Assembly (NCBI GenBank): GCA_000165425.1
Contig: CT867989.1
Location: 248,001-302,870, forward strand
Reading direction: 5' to 3'
Source of the DNA: Paramecium tetraurelia
Lineage: Eukaryota
Length of the DNA stretch: 54,870 bases
This document shows positions 15,377 through 26,707 of this stretch, piece after piece. The notes beneath the pieces are model-generated. The model did no database searches. It saw only the letters and a list, made by a program, of their open reading frames with translations, and had not been told where the DNA came from. Position 1 is the stretch's first letter, and each line of letters starts with the position of its first letter. The translations under genes and the position numbers were made by a program.

Positions 15377-16720
15377 ATGGAAATCTCTTTTGATTTCGAC
15401 CTCAAACTAATTCATTAAATAGGTCATGGAGCATTTAGTTAAGTATTTCTAGGAGAATACGATTCCAAAAAAGTAGCTATTAAAGTACTCATTTTTTTTA
15501 ATTATACAGGTAATGGATCCCTGTTACATTGAATAATTTAAAAAAGAAGTTGAAATTTTAGAATCCATCCATCATCAAAATTTTGCTTAATACTATTTTG
15601 TATTTCTAATATTCTATTAAAGAGTAAAGAAGGTGAAAGTTCTTTATATATTGTCTAAGAATTCTTGGAAGGCAAAACACTGACATAGTTGATTAAAACT
15701 GTTGAAATGGAAGAAGCACATGTAAAACAAATCATCACCGAATTACTTAATGCAGTATCTTATCTGCATTCCCAAGATATTATCCATCGAGATATCAAAC
15801 CAGGTATTGCATCTATTCCTACTAGATAATATAATTATTACGACTGAAGGATAACTCAAACTCATCGATTTCGGTCTTAGTTCCCATTCAGAATCTAAAT
15901 TATCTTATGATAAATGCGGAACTCTGCTGTTTATGGCCCCTGAAATGATTTTTAAACAACCTTATCTTAAATCTGTTGATATCTGGAGCTGTGGAATTAT
16001 TGCTTACTAGTTGATCAACAAGAAACACCCCTTTTGGGATCCATTAGAATCTACTTCAACTTTCATTTAAAGAGTTCAATAATTCAACCCTAATTTCTCT
16101 GGGATGAATGAATACCAAAGATCTTTCTTTTTAAAATGTGCTGCTTATTCGCCTGAAGCTAGAATGAATGCCACTCAGGCTTTACAACATCCATGGCTAT
16201 CAGGCAAAGGAGAATTATGGTAACCAATCACAATGGCTGATATGAAAACACTTTTTGATAATAAAATGAAGACCATTTATTATATTAAAACTCTGATGAT
16301 GATGAAATTTTTATGCCAAGAAGTTTGGAACTATAATGTTACCAAGTGAATTTAGTAATTGTGAATTTAATGACTCCACTGCAGATACCAATACTCACTT
16401 TAAATTAAAACTCTTAAGAAGTAGTTCTCGAAACCCCTCATTCATTAAATAAGTTCGTAGCACAAGTACTATCTTCTTTGAAGGCAACAACTTGCCATCA
16501 CCTATTAGATTTACTCATCACAATAAAAGAGCTTCTATTTCTCCAAATAAAACAATGTTGCATTCTGAGTCAATCCAATTCGGCTAATTTGCCAAAAGAA
16601 ATACATAAGTCATAAAGTTGCCGTAATATATATTTAATTAATTATAGTCCATTGTCAAATTCTCCTGTTATGAAAAAGCAAAGAAAAAGCAATTTAAATT
16701 TTAGATTAAAATAGTATTGA
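15377..16720 (+). CDS. CaMK-like Ser/Thr kinase; C-terminal tail separated by an apparent +1 frameshift at ~16316
   Basis: IGHGAFS, VAIK, HRDIKPDN, DFG, CGTLLFMAPE. As written the frame stops at TGA 16347-16349, but the +1 frame continues through a canonical intron to TGA 16718-16720. Confidence 0.88.
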
Positions 16721-16857
16721 AATTGTTTATTTAACTTTGTTTGAATAGAAAGAATATCTTATCATCAATATTAATTTTTGATTGCAGTCAAAACATTTCT
16801 TAAATTAATTAATTATTAATATTAGAATACAAAATTTATAATTTATAAAATTTATAC

Positions 16858-18645
16858 TCATCTATTGGTTGTGATAAATGTTTTCGCAAAATAGAAGTCT
16901 TGAAGAGTCTTAAGTCGTTTTCCAAATTCATTCGATGCTTAGGGCAAAGAAGTGTCATGTTGAGAGGATCCCAGTTGAGTAGTCACAAATGATCCCATTG
17001 AAGACTTGATCTGTAGACAAACTTCTCTATTTGCTTAAAATTACTTAAATCTCATTCTTCTATAAGACTTTAAGACTTAGCATTCAAGGGCTAAATTACT
17101 TTAGGAATTAGATTTATATAGATTAATAGGAGGAATTGTACTATGACTTTTTGTTTGAGATTATTTCTTTTACTTCAGCAATTCAATTTGTTTCTTATGA
17201 AAGATAAACATATTTTCAGTCTATGGAGTAATCTTCTGTACTAATTAAATTATTGGAATTGACAATATCAGTAGTTGTGAACATTCCTTTCTATTGAGAT
17301 CTCAGAATCTTAGAGTTAAGTGTGCTAGTGTCTCTATACAATTCGTCTATTGTGACTCTTTCAGTATTGGTAGAATCAGGATACTGTAATTTTTCCAATT
17401 CGTCAGCTAGTCGTTTTTGGAATGTTTTCGAATAGGTACTTCTCCCTTCTTTATAAGTAAGACTTTATTACAAAAGACTTCTCTTTTAAAATTTTAAGAA
17501 AATCAGGATGATTTTTCCTTACAATATTAAAAGCATCACTTTCCATATAATAAGCAAGAGTATTATCAGAAGTCATACAAGAATAGAGTCTCACAGGGTT
17601 GTTGTCTATGAGTTCTGCTTCTCCGACAAAAGAGTTATCGGAAAGTTAAGAAAGAGTAACTTTTTTTTTAGGTTTTATTTTTGATTAGAATATAGAGGGT
17701 TCTTTAATCTTGCCATGCAAAGTATCTTCATCGTAAGATCTATAAATTTCGACTCTTCCTCTAACAATCAATAAAAAGAATTTAGGTTCATCTCCCTCCT
17801 TCCATAAAAATGGTTTATGGGGCAAATTCAATTTTTTAAAAATATTAAATAAACTTGGTAACAATAAATTTACTGACACCCACAAAAATACTTAAAAAGT
17901 ATTCAAAAGTTTGATTCTTTTCCTTGATAGATCTTTCTCCAACGCTTTTAAAATCTTGTCTATTCATAGTTAAAACATGAAGTTCATCAGATAAAACTAA
18001 AATGCTTGCAGTACGTGGTTTATCAGAAGATAATGCCATATCACCGAAGGCTTAACCTGAGTAAAATTAAAAGACTTTTTTATAAAGACAAATTCCATCT
18101 TTGAAATACATATTATTGATTTCGAATGGATTCCTTTAAGAAGCTAATAGTAATTCCATTTAAAGGTCTTGAGGCCTTTTTTTCTTTTTAAATAAAGCTT
18201 CATAATCTAATACTTCTTCTTCAAATGGGTTCATGTTACTTTTATAGGTTTCAATTACATCTCGATCATTTGCAATTTCTTCCTATGACTTTGATATGAA
18301 GACTCCAACCTCTCCAAGTAATATTAAATAAACTTTGTCTCCATATTCCCCATAATTAAAAACAATTTGTCCTTTGCTAAATTATTCATATTTGAAATAT
18401 GAACAAGCCTGAGCAGCAAATTCTTCTATTTTCGTTCCTTCAGGGCAGTTCTTTTTTAGAAATTCAATTTAAGACATCATGGGAGCAATCTCCTCTAAAA
18501 GTGATTGTTATGTAATTCTTGTATAGGAGCGATATAAATTGAGAGGAATCTTCAAGTTCTCTTAATTTTTCTTTCTTTATTGATTGTCATCTACTTTTTG
18601 ATCTTAAATTACAGATTTCTTCAAGTTTTTGGTTGATTAATTCAT
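16858..18645 (-). CDS. Tandem cyclic-nucleotide-binding-domain protein carrying three apparent +1 frameshifts (pseudogene or assembly errors)
   Basis: VFNYGEYGDKVYLILLGEV, FGDMALSSDKPRTASI, LWKEGDEPKFFLLIVRGRV; frame breaks at ~17808, ~17431 and ~17248 relative to the paralog at 21442. Confidence 0.8.
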
Positions 18646-18674
18646 TATAACAATAATAAAAATTATCAATAATT

Positions 18675-19376
18675 ATGCAAACTATATAGATTCTCTTAGA
18701 CTCCAGGTAACCCAACTTCTTTTTGATTCATGTAAAAAATAGATCCATCAAAAATCCATACTCCTCAAATTACTGCAACCGGTTGTATCTAAAATCTTTC
18801 CTAAATATTTATCTGCATTAATACTTGAAACTTATTGCTTTATATTCATTATTACTAATAAAAGAAAAAGGAAAACCAATGGATCAAAACTATAATGATA
18901 ATAACATCCTCTTCTCGTTTTTTTAAAATTTACTTGCCATTATTGTTGCTAATAATTAATCTTTCATTTAGTCTAGATTCTCATCTTAATTCAAAATATA
19001 AAGCAATTTATATTTGTAATAATAAAGATTTAATATCTTTATATCATATCTTGTTATTCTAACAGCAATATTATTGATTTTTACAACTTTTTCAAACAAT
19101 TTAATGATTTTTATTTATAGAGAGTATCCTTATAGGATTAAGATTTGTCATTAATAAATTTCTAAAGTTTTTAAGTAAATTATTTGTGAATTAAAAATAG
19201 ATACTATAAAAGTATGCATATGGATTAGTTTTAAGCTATAAAGTGAAGTTATAAAATAGTAACAAATAATTGCGTTTATCTTATTTTATAGTCTCATTGA
19301 CATAGATAATGTATAAATATGCATGGACAATAAATGTAAATATAAAACATCATATAAATTTATCAATTTAGTTTGA
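18675..19376 (+). CDS. Possible hydrophobic hypothetical protein or decayed gene
   Basis: TGA-free code-6 frame of ~233 codons starting 29 nt from the divergent ATG at 18645; very AT-rich, no recognisable motif. Confidence 0.3.
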
Positions 19377-20718
19377 ATTAATGATCTCCATATTTTTCTT
19401 TATTAACCCTATATTCTGAATTGAATTTGATAGGCTTAGACATATTTTTATATGGAAATATCAAATCCAATATAAAAATGGCAATATAATCAATTATGAG
19501 TAATATCAATAAATATAATCCAAATATTGGACCATTGCTTTAACAAGCCTTGATTCTAGCCAATAAAGATGGATAAGGAGATGATAAAATTTTATTGTAC
19601 ACAGTTTCAGCTCTTTCAGCCACCATATGCCAACTGTACATTTTAGCTACCTACTCATGGTATTAATGTGATGGCACATTCTTAGCAATTGGAATGGCTA
19701 CTGCCAATTTTTCACAGATGTCATCTGGATCAGGCTTAGCAAAATTTACCATGTTTTTAGGTAAAACCTCAACTACCCCTCCTACATTAGTGGAAACAAC
19801 AAATAAGCCACAAGAGGCAGCCTCAACAATAGCAATACAAAAGGCTTCTGTTAATGAAGTGTTCAAAAAGATGTGACCTCTTACTAGTACTTCTCTGACT
19901 TTATGACCAGGCACTGATCCTAACTTAATTGTTAATATCCTTATTACCATCTCAACTCTGTCTGTCAAACCATGTTTTTTGATGCTTTCTTCTATAATCT
20001 TCTTCTTTGGTCCATCTCCTCCAATGATGAAATAGACCTAAGGAAACCTCTTGCATATGGTTGGTACAACATCTACTAATAGATCCACTCCTTTTCGAAA
20101 AGTCAATCTGCTAATGACAACAATGTTGACTGTATTGAGTGGATACCTCTTAGATGGATCTGGTTTGAATCTACTGCAATCAACGGCATTAGGAATTACA
20201 CTTATGTTTCTAGGATCTAATGATGCTCTCATACTTAAATTTTCCTTGCTTATATGAGACACAGAAACTGCATGATCCACTTCACTCAAAATGAATTTCA
20301 ATATTTTGTTAACATGAAATGAAGCAGCATCATTAAATGCAAATAACGAATGATCTGTAAATACAGTTTTGTACCCCATAGATTTAGCATGCAATAATAA
20401 TTCACCTCCAAAAAATGATGTAGCTGCATGTGAATGCACAACATGAATTTCTTCCCTTAATAATATTTGTCTTAATAATGGCAAGCTCCCCATGTATGTA
20501 AATAGCACAACTTATTCATGTGCTGGCACAAAAGGACAGTAATACACCTTCAAGCCATTTGTCATGTAGCGTACACCAGTCCTATTGTCGTATTTATGGG
20601 TAATTATGATCACTTTGTGACCTCTCTCCATCAAACACAGTCCCAATTGAAATATGTGCATTTCAACTCCTCCTAGTCTTGGGTAGAAGAAATCACAGAT
20701 GAGACAAATGTTAACCAT
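19363..20718 (-). CDS. PIGA: Phosphatidylinositol N-acetylglucosaminyltransferase subunit A (GPI biosynthesis)
   Basis: [69 protein letters not shown]-terminal TM; 24-nt intron 19924-19947. Confidence 0.97.
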
Positions 20719-20994
20719 TTTATTATATATTTTTTAATTTTATATTACAAACTTAGAATATTTTAATTAATTAGATGTGGAACTTAGTTGTGCGTGTTGC
20801 TTTTATTCAAATAATTCCCTCTCTTTGGGTATTTTAAAAATTTTCCGTATATTTTTATATATCATGAATGAAATGAAGCATAAATAAATACATTAATTTA
20901 ATGGCTTTAAAATCATATAGAACATTCTAATTGATTCTAGTTAATTCTCATTCTGAATTTAATTGCCATAAAAATTGCCCTATGACTTTAATAT

Positions 20995-21378
20995 ATGAAT
21001 TATTACAATATACTTGGTATCTAAAATACCTCATCTCAAGAACAAATCAAAATAGCGTTCAGAAACCTTGCAAAAATGCATCATCCAGTAAATTATGATT
21101 GATTATACAAGGACAAGAACCCATAATCAGTGTAATTTAGAATAATCTCTGAAGCTTACCGAATCCTTTCAAACCCTCAATTAAGAGCACGATATGATCA
21201 GTCTTAGTAATAATATGAAAAACAACTATAAATATACAAGTTAATAAGAAATTTTATTAATGGGAATGGAGAGATCCCTCTAATTCATTCAAAGGATCTT
21301 GAATCTAATCAAAATGAATCTAAGACCCTCGATATATAACAAATCTAGAAAAAAAAAATTCGAAAGACTCAAAATTGA
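20995..21378 (+). CDS. Small DnaJ (J-domain) protein
   Basis: MNYYNILGIQNTSSQEQIKIAFRNLAKMHHP/DKNP...FRIISEAYRILSNPQLRARYD; the HPD motif is split by a 24-nt intron containing an in-frame TGA. Confidence 0.9.
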
Positions 21379-21441
21379 AATTCTCATTTTATATTACTTT
21401 TTTTGTTCAATATTATATCTGTGATATATATATTATACATT

Positions 21442-23367
21442 ATGTAAAATAAAACATCACTAGTTTTTGATTAAGCTTAGAGATATGCGAAAATTAAAAA
21501 AGAAAACGAAGAATTGCTTTACTCAACATTGAAGTTATATTAACAATATGGAAAAATTGATGATCCCAATCTGATTGCAACAATTCTCGATTCTCTCTAA
21601 ACAATCGAATTCTTTAAATAAAATTGTCCAGAAGGCATGAAACTAGCTGAATTCGTTTCCAATGCCATTAAATATTTCAAATATGAATAATATGATTATG
21701 GATCCCCCATATTTCATTATGGAGAATACGGTGATAAGATGTTCATCATTTTGAAGGGAGAAGTTTATGTCTTCGGACCAAAACCCCAGGATGAAATTAA
21801 CAAAGAAATGGAATAACTTAAATAATAGGAAGAAGGTGAATTGGTTATTAAAGGATAAAAAAGGTAGTTAACTACAAATGTAGATAACTTACTCAAAATT
21901 TAAGACTCCAGATATTATAAAGATGGAGTTCTTCTCTATTAAAAAGTAAACTTACTCTCTCTAACTAGATTTTTCAATACTACTCAGGACAATGTTTTGG
22001 TGACGTAGCCTTAACATCAGACAAACCCAGATCTGCTACTATTATCGTATCATCAGAAAAGGTTTATTGTTTATCTATGCGAAGAAATGATTTTAAAATC
22101 ATCTTCTAAAAATCAATCTAATAGGCTAGAAACACTATTGAATTCTTTATGAGAATCTTCCCAGGAGCTCTTCAATTTAATCTCTCCAAATTTATTTAAT
22201 ATTTGCGACCTGTTGTCTTCCAAAGCAAAACCATTCTTTGGCAAATTGGAGATGAACCATAGTTCTTCTTCATTATTGTTACTGGAAGAGTAGAACTCTA
22301 CAAATACATGGATCTTGATACTTTAACAGGTAAATCCAAAATTAATGATGAAATCAAATAAGGATTATTTGTAGGCAAATAATAGTATAAAGCTAAAATA
22401 GTTGTATGATTAATCTTTATATAAAAAGCTTAGTTAATTAGCAGAAGGTAATATAGTTGGTTAGGAAGAGCTTCTGGAAGATTTTCAAAAAAGATAATAC
22501 TATTGTGAAGTAGTCGATATCACCAATGCCTATTACATGGAAGCAAGTGATTTTAGAGCAATCAAAGGAAATCATCAAGATATCATTGACTGTTTGAGAG
22601 AGAGAGCCACTGTTAATAAAGATTATATAAATAAAAGAAAACAACTAATACTTCACAATTTTAAGAATTATGATTCGTATTTGAATACATTGACTTAAAA
22701 CTAGACAAGCAAAGAATAAAAATTAAAGGAGATTTTCTCAGTACCTAATAAAGATAACAAATCCAATTCTTTATGTGTGAGATCCTAAAAATAAATTAAA
22801 GGATCTCAAAATGAGATTCTCCAACAACACATTGCTTTTGATTAAAAAAGGAAGTTAGTTGAACCTTAAGAAAAAACAGAATTAAGATTTATCATAAATA
22901 ATAATAATTTATCCTACATAAGAGAAAGATTATAAAGATAATAATAGCCGGAAAGAAATAGTCAATCACCTTAAAAGCATGTGAAAAATAAGGTCTTGAT
23001 TTCTCAAATATTAAAGAAATACTAGAATAAAAAGGTACTTCATGAAAAGAAAGATAAAAAGAGAAAATCAATATTTGTAACTTCATCTTAGTCATCAATT
23101 GGGTAGACTGTGGAAACTGAAAACTCAGTAGATTTGTTAAGATAAAGATAAAGGACTTCGATCTTAAGACCAAGTTATGTGCAATTAAGAGGGAGAAAGC
23201 AGTCAGGAGAAAAGAGTAATAATAATAATACTACAACAATTATAAATTTAACAGAAGTGGAAACAAGAACACATTAATAAACAATGCATTTAATAACTAA
23301 TGTGACACGCATGACTCCAAATAGCACTAAATTTTTTAAAACAATAAGATCGATTTCAGGGAAATGA
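21442..23367 (+). CDS. Tandem cyclic-nucleotide-binding-domain protein (intact paralog of 16858-18645)
   Basis: IFHYGEYGDKMFIILKGEV, FGDVALTSDKPRSATI, LWQIGDEPQFFFIIVTGRV; two introns (23 and 25 nt) keep the frame. Confidence 0.88.
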
Positions 23368-23372
23368 TAAAA

Positions 23373-24741
23373 TCACTTTATAAAATTCTCAATGACTTAA
23401 TATGCTGCCTTAGGGTTATCAGTGGGTATCATATGACCTGCCTTGTAGATTGTAGCATATGAAAAGTTCTCAAAAGTCTTGATGTAGCCATGAGTTTCAA
23501 CCTTGTTTTCTTCTCCTTAAATTGGGGAAGTAATAAATTGTTTTTTAGCATTTTTCCATTAATACTTGTATTTCCAATCAATCTAGTAAATCCAATTCCA
23601 TGCTCCTGGTGTATTAATTATGTAATCTAGCTATCCATTTAACAATAACACCTTATATTATCTCTCTAATAACAGTTAAATGTCCTTTAGTCTACTTTCA
23701 CCAATATCTTTTTGGAAGGCGTTATAAATCTTCTCATTAGACCTCTAAAATTTTGTTATTTCTGATGAGAATTGTTTGATATAGTTATTTAAGAAATCCG
23801 CCCAAGAATAATCATACTCATCAGATCCTTTGTATTTTCGAATATTGTAAACATTAATGTTACCAATCTATTCTATAAATTTATCATCTGTCATAAGATC
23901 TAATTGTTCTGCTCCTTTGGCATATTCTCCATTCCTAATATATGATTATCCAACTGCCCCAATCTTCTACAATCTATTCAAATCCAATTAAGAAATGGCT
24001 CCAATGCTGTATAAGTAACTATGATAATAATTCAATTGATTTTCAGTATCAGTTATTCCATCGATAATTGCAATTCCTTTGAAATTGACCTTATCTAAGG
24101 TTTCCTTATCCTATAGTAATCTTGTAGCAAATGCTGGTATGTAATGACCTGCATAACTCTCCCCAAAAATATAAGTATTCACCAAATCTAAGCCATTCAA
24201 TCTCGTATAGATCGACTTAAGTGTTTCCACAAAGTAATTAGCAGCCTAATCACTATTGGTGACAACATTTTCTTTATCAGCTTTACTCATACCAGCACCA
24301 AATGGCTAATCAATGAAGAGTAAGTGCATCACCTTATTCCAAGAATATTCCTGTTATATGATAATTATTTCTTACTCTCTTTTTCACTATGTAGGGCTTG
24401 TCTTTTGCTGCTGTATCTGGGTTTTTCGTTATGACCCATGGACCAATTTCCATATAGTTACCAAGTTAACTGGATGATCCTGGACCTCCATTCAACCAAA
24501 CAGCCAAAACATCTCCTTTCTGTATTGCTTCAAGATTTGCTGTTCCTTCTTTTAATATCAAATGATAATATATCGATCCAACATCCTTAAATTTTACATA
24601 ATCAGTTTCTGTGTAATAAGGTAGATCTTCTCCCATCAACTCAGCAAAAAAGCCTAAAATTTTATTAATTTTGTTACTAGTTTAATCTGTGCACCTGACA
24701 AACACTAATGATGTAATTATGAGTACTAATATAATTTTCAT
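23373..24741 (-). CDS. Serine carboxypeptidase (peptidase S10)
   Basis: Signal peptide; WLNGGPGSSS, FIDQPFGAGMS, GESYAGHYIP (catalytic Ser), AGHMIP (catalytic His). Confidence 0.95.
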
Positions 24742-25100
24742 TAATTAAATTTTTATATATTATATATAGAATATGTTGATCAAAAAAGGGTCTCTTGCGA
24801 ATTAATTAATAAATAAGCAAATTCAATACTATTTTCTTATCTTTTTACTATTGGTATAGCATCTTGTTCTTAATACACATTTTTAAGTCTCAACAAAGAC
24901 AAGGTCGATATTTTTAACTTCTCGTGATATCCACTTCCAATAGAAATTGTTAGTATTGCAGGTATTCTTTTGGGGTAAAATTTAACCCTCTCAGGAGATA
25001 TTATAATTATCAATTTCTAAATGATGTTCTATCAATAGTCAGTTATGATCATAAACAAAAAATCTAAAATAATGTATATAGTTTAAGTATATCAAATAAA

Positions 25101-25701
25101 TCAAAATATGAAGAGAAATTCTAGATTAATGTTAAAATTAATAAAATCATATGGCTATGGAGGGTTATTTTAATCTTCGTTCTCTTGTATTTTATTTCGT
25201 GCCTTTTGCCACCTTTGATAAATACTATTTTCTTGAAAAGGGTCTTATTCTTTTGCAGGCAATAGATGAACCATCCCAGCCAAGCATTACCCATATTGTT
25301 CTATATCATTGACATAGTTTTTGGCATTGCCTTTGATTCACTTTTCAACAATAACTTCTAGTTGTTCTCATGCATAGCTAATGAATGCGCGGGTATGATA
25401 AGATTCTTTTGGATCTTGTTCTAAAATAGGTCAAAAAAAGAAGGACAATGTTATTTTTTCTAAATTCCAGATCTTTTGTATTATTTTCTATTTGCCAATC
25501 ACTTCTGATTCGAACATCTGATGCCTGATTTTTGGAATCTCAACAGCATAATCAACATAATTAGAAGTATGCCGATAATTTTAAACATACAAGGCATAAG
25601 CTTACGAATTTAAATATTTTTGAAGATCCAAATGGTCATAAAGTCTCTTCATTTTCTTTGGGTTGAGTTGAACAATAAGAAACAAAATAAGAAGGATTCA
25701 T
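25101..25701 (-). pseudogene. Possible decayed gene remnant
   Basis: Visibly more GC-rich than flanking intergenic DNA. The protein-like frame (PILEQDPKESYHTRAFISYA...CLAGMVHLLPAKEQDPF) is broken by in-frame TGAs at 25431, 25368 and 25338; no family recognised. Confidence 0.3.
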
Positions 25702-26707
25702 AATAAATATTATTTTAAATATATTAACAATATTATTTTTATTGTGAGAAATAAGCTTAGAAAAGGATAATGAACTTCTTATTTAAATCTAAAAAGAGCA
25801 TTCTGTTGGTAATTAAAATTGGATACAAGCTGAAGAAAATCAAAGAATATTTAAGAAGGTTTAAAAGACAATACTGAAATAAGTTTGGATTCAGAATCGC
25901 TAAAGTGCTTGGCAATTTAGAAAAGAGTACCTCACAACAGAAATATCTTCAGTCAGGTAACTTCTGGAATAAACATGTATTTACAAATAGAAATTATACA
26001 ACAGAAACTTTCAAAGATTAAAATTGTTATTAAAGATAGGAATGACTTATAATCAATAGAAATTTTTTTGAAAAATTGATTTACTTTGTTAAAATTAATA
26101 GAGATGCAGATTGTCTTAAGTAGTATTTAAGGTTCTATTGTAGGTTATTATTAAATTTGTTGAAATCTAAAACAACTGATGTAAGGATTGTGAATCATAT
26201 CTCAATGTTAAGCGCTAAAATTCAAAACAGCTATTCACTTAGTTGAAGAATCAAACTTAATAAATAAAAAAAATGTTTAAAAAATTATTAATTCCTAAAC
26301 TTTCTTCTTCTATGTTAATAAGTGATTCTATTGATTGAAATGAATAGAGTAATAAAACATAAAATTTCTGTTGAGATACCAAATATTTAAACTGTTTTTC
26401 TATGACTACTTTTACAGAATTTTCAAATAAAAAAATTCTGTAGTGCAAATCGTAACTCGAAAAAATGGAAAATCTTATATAGTGATTTTATTAATTTATC
26501 AAATATTTTATTATGATAATATTAAATTTTTCGGATAACAGGTGTTTTCATTAAGTAGTTAAAAATTGAATATAAAATGTTGTTGTTTATTGAAAGAATA
26601 TAAATTAGAATGAAAATAAGTCTATTATAAGACTATGAGACATTTTACTTTATTTTTATAATTGAAATAATTACTAAATTACTTAATTTAATTTAGCTTA
26701 ATTTCAG

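Noticed and set aside
25101..25652. TGA read-through or selenoprotein interpretation of the in-frame TGAs
   Set aside because: About three TGAs in ~180 codons is what AT-rich non-coding DNA would give; no redox motif or SECIS was seen
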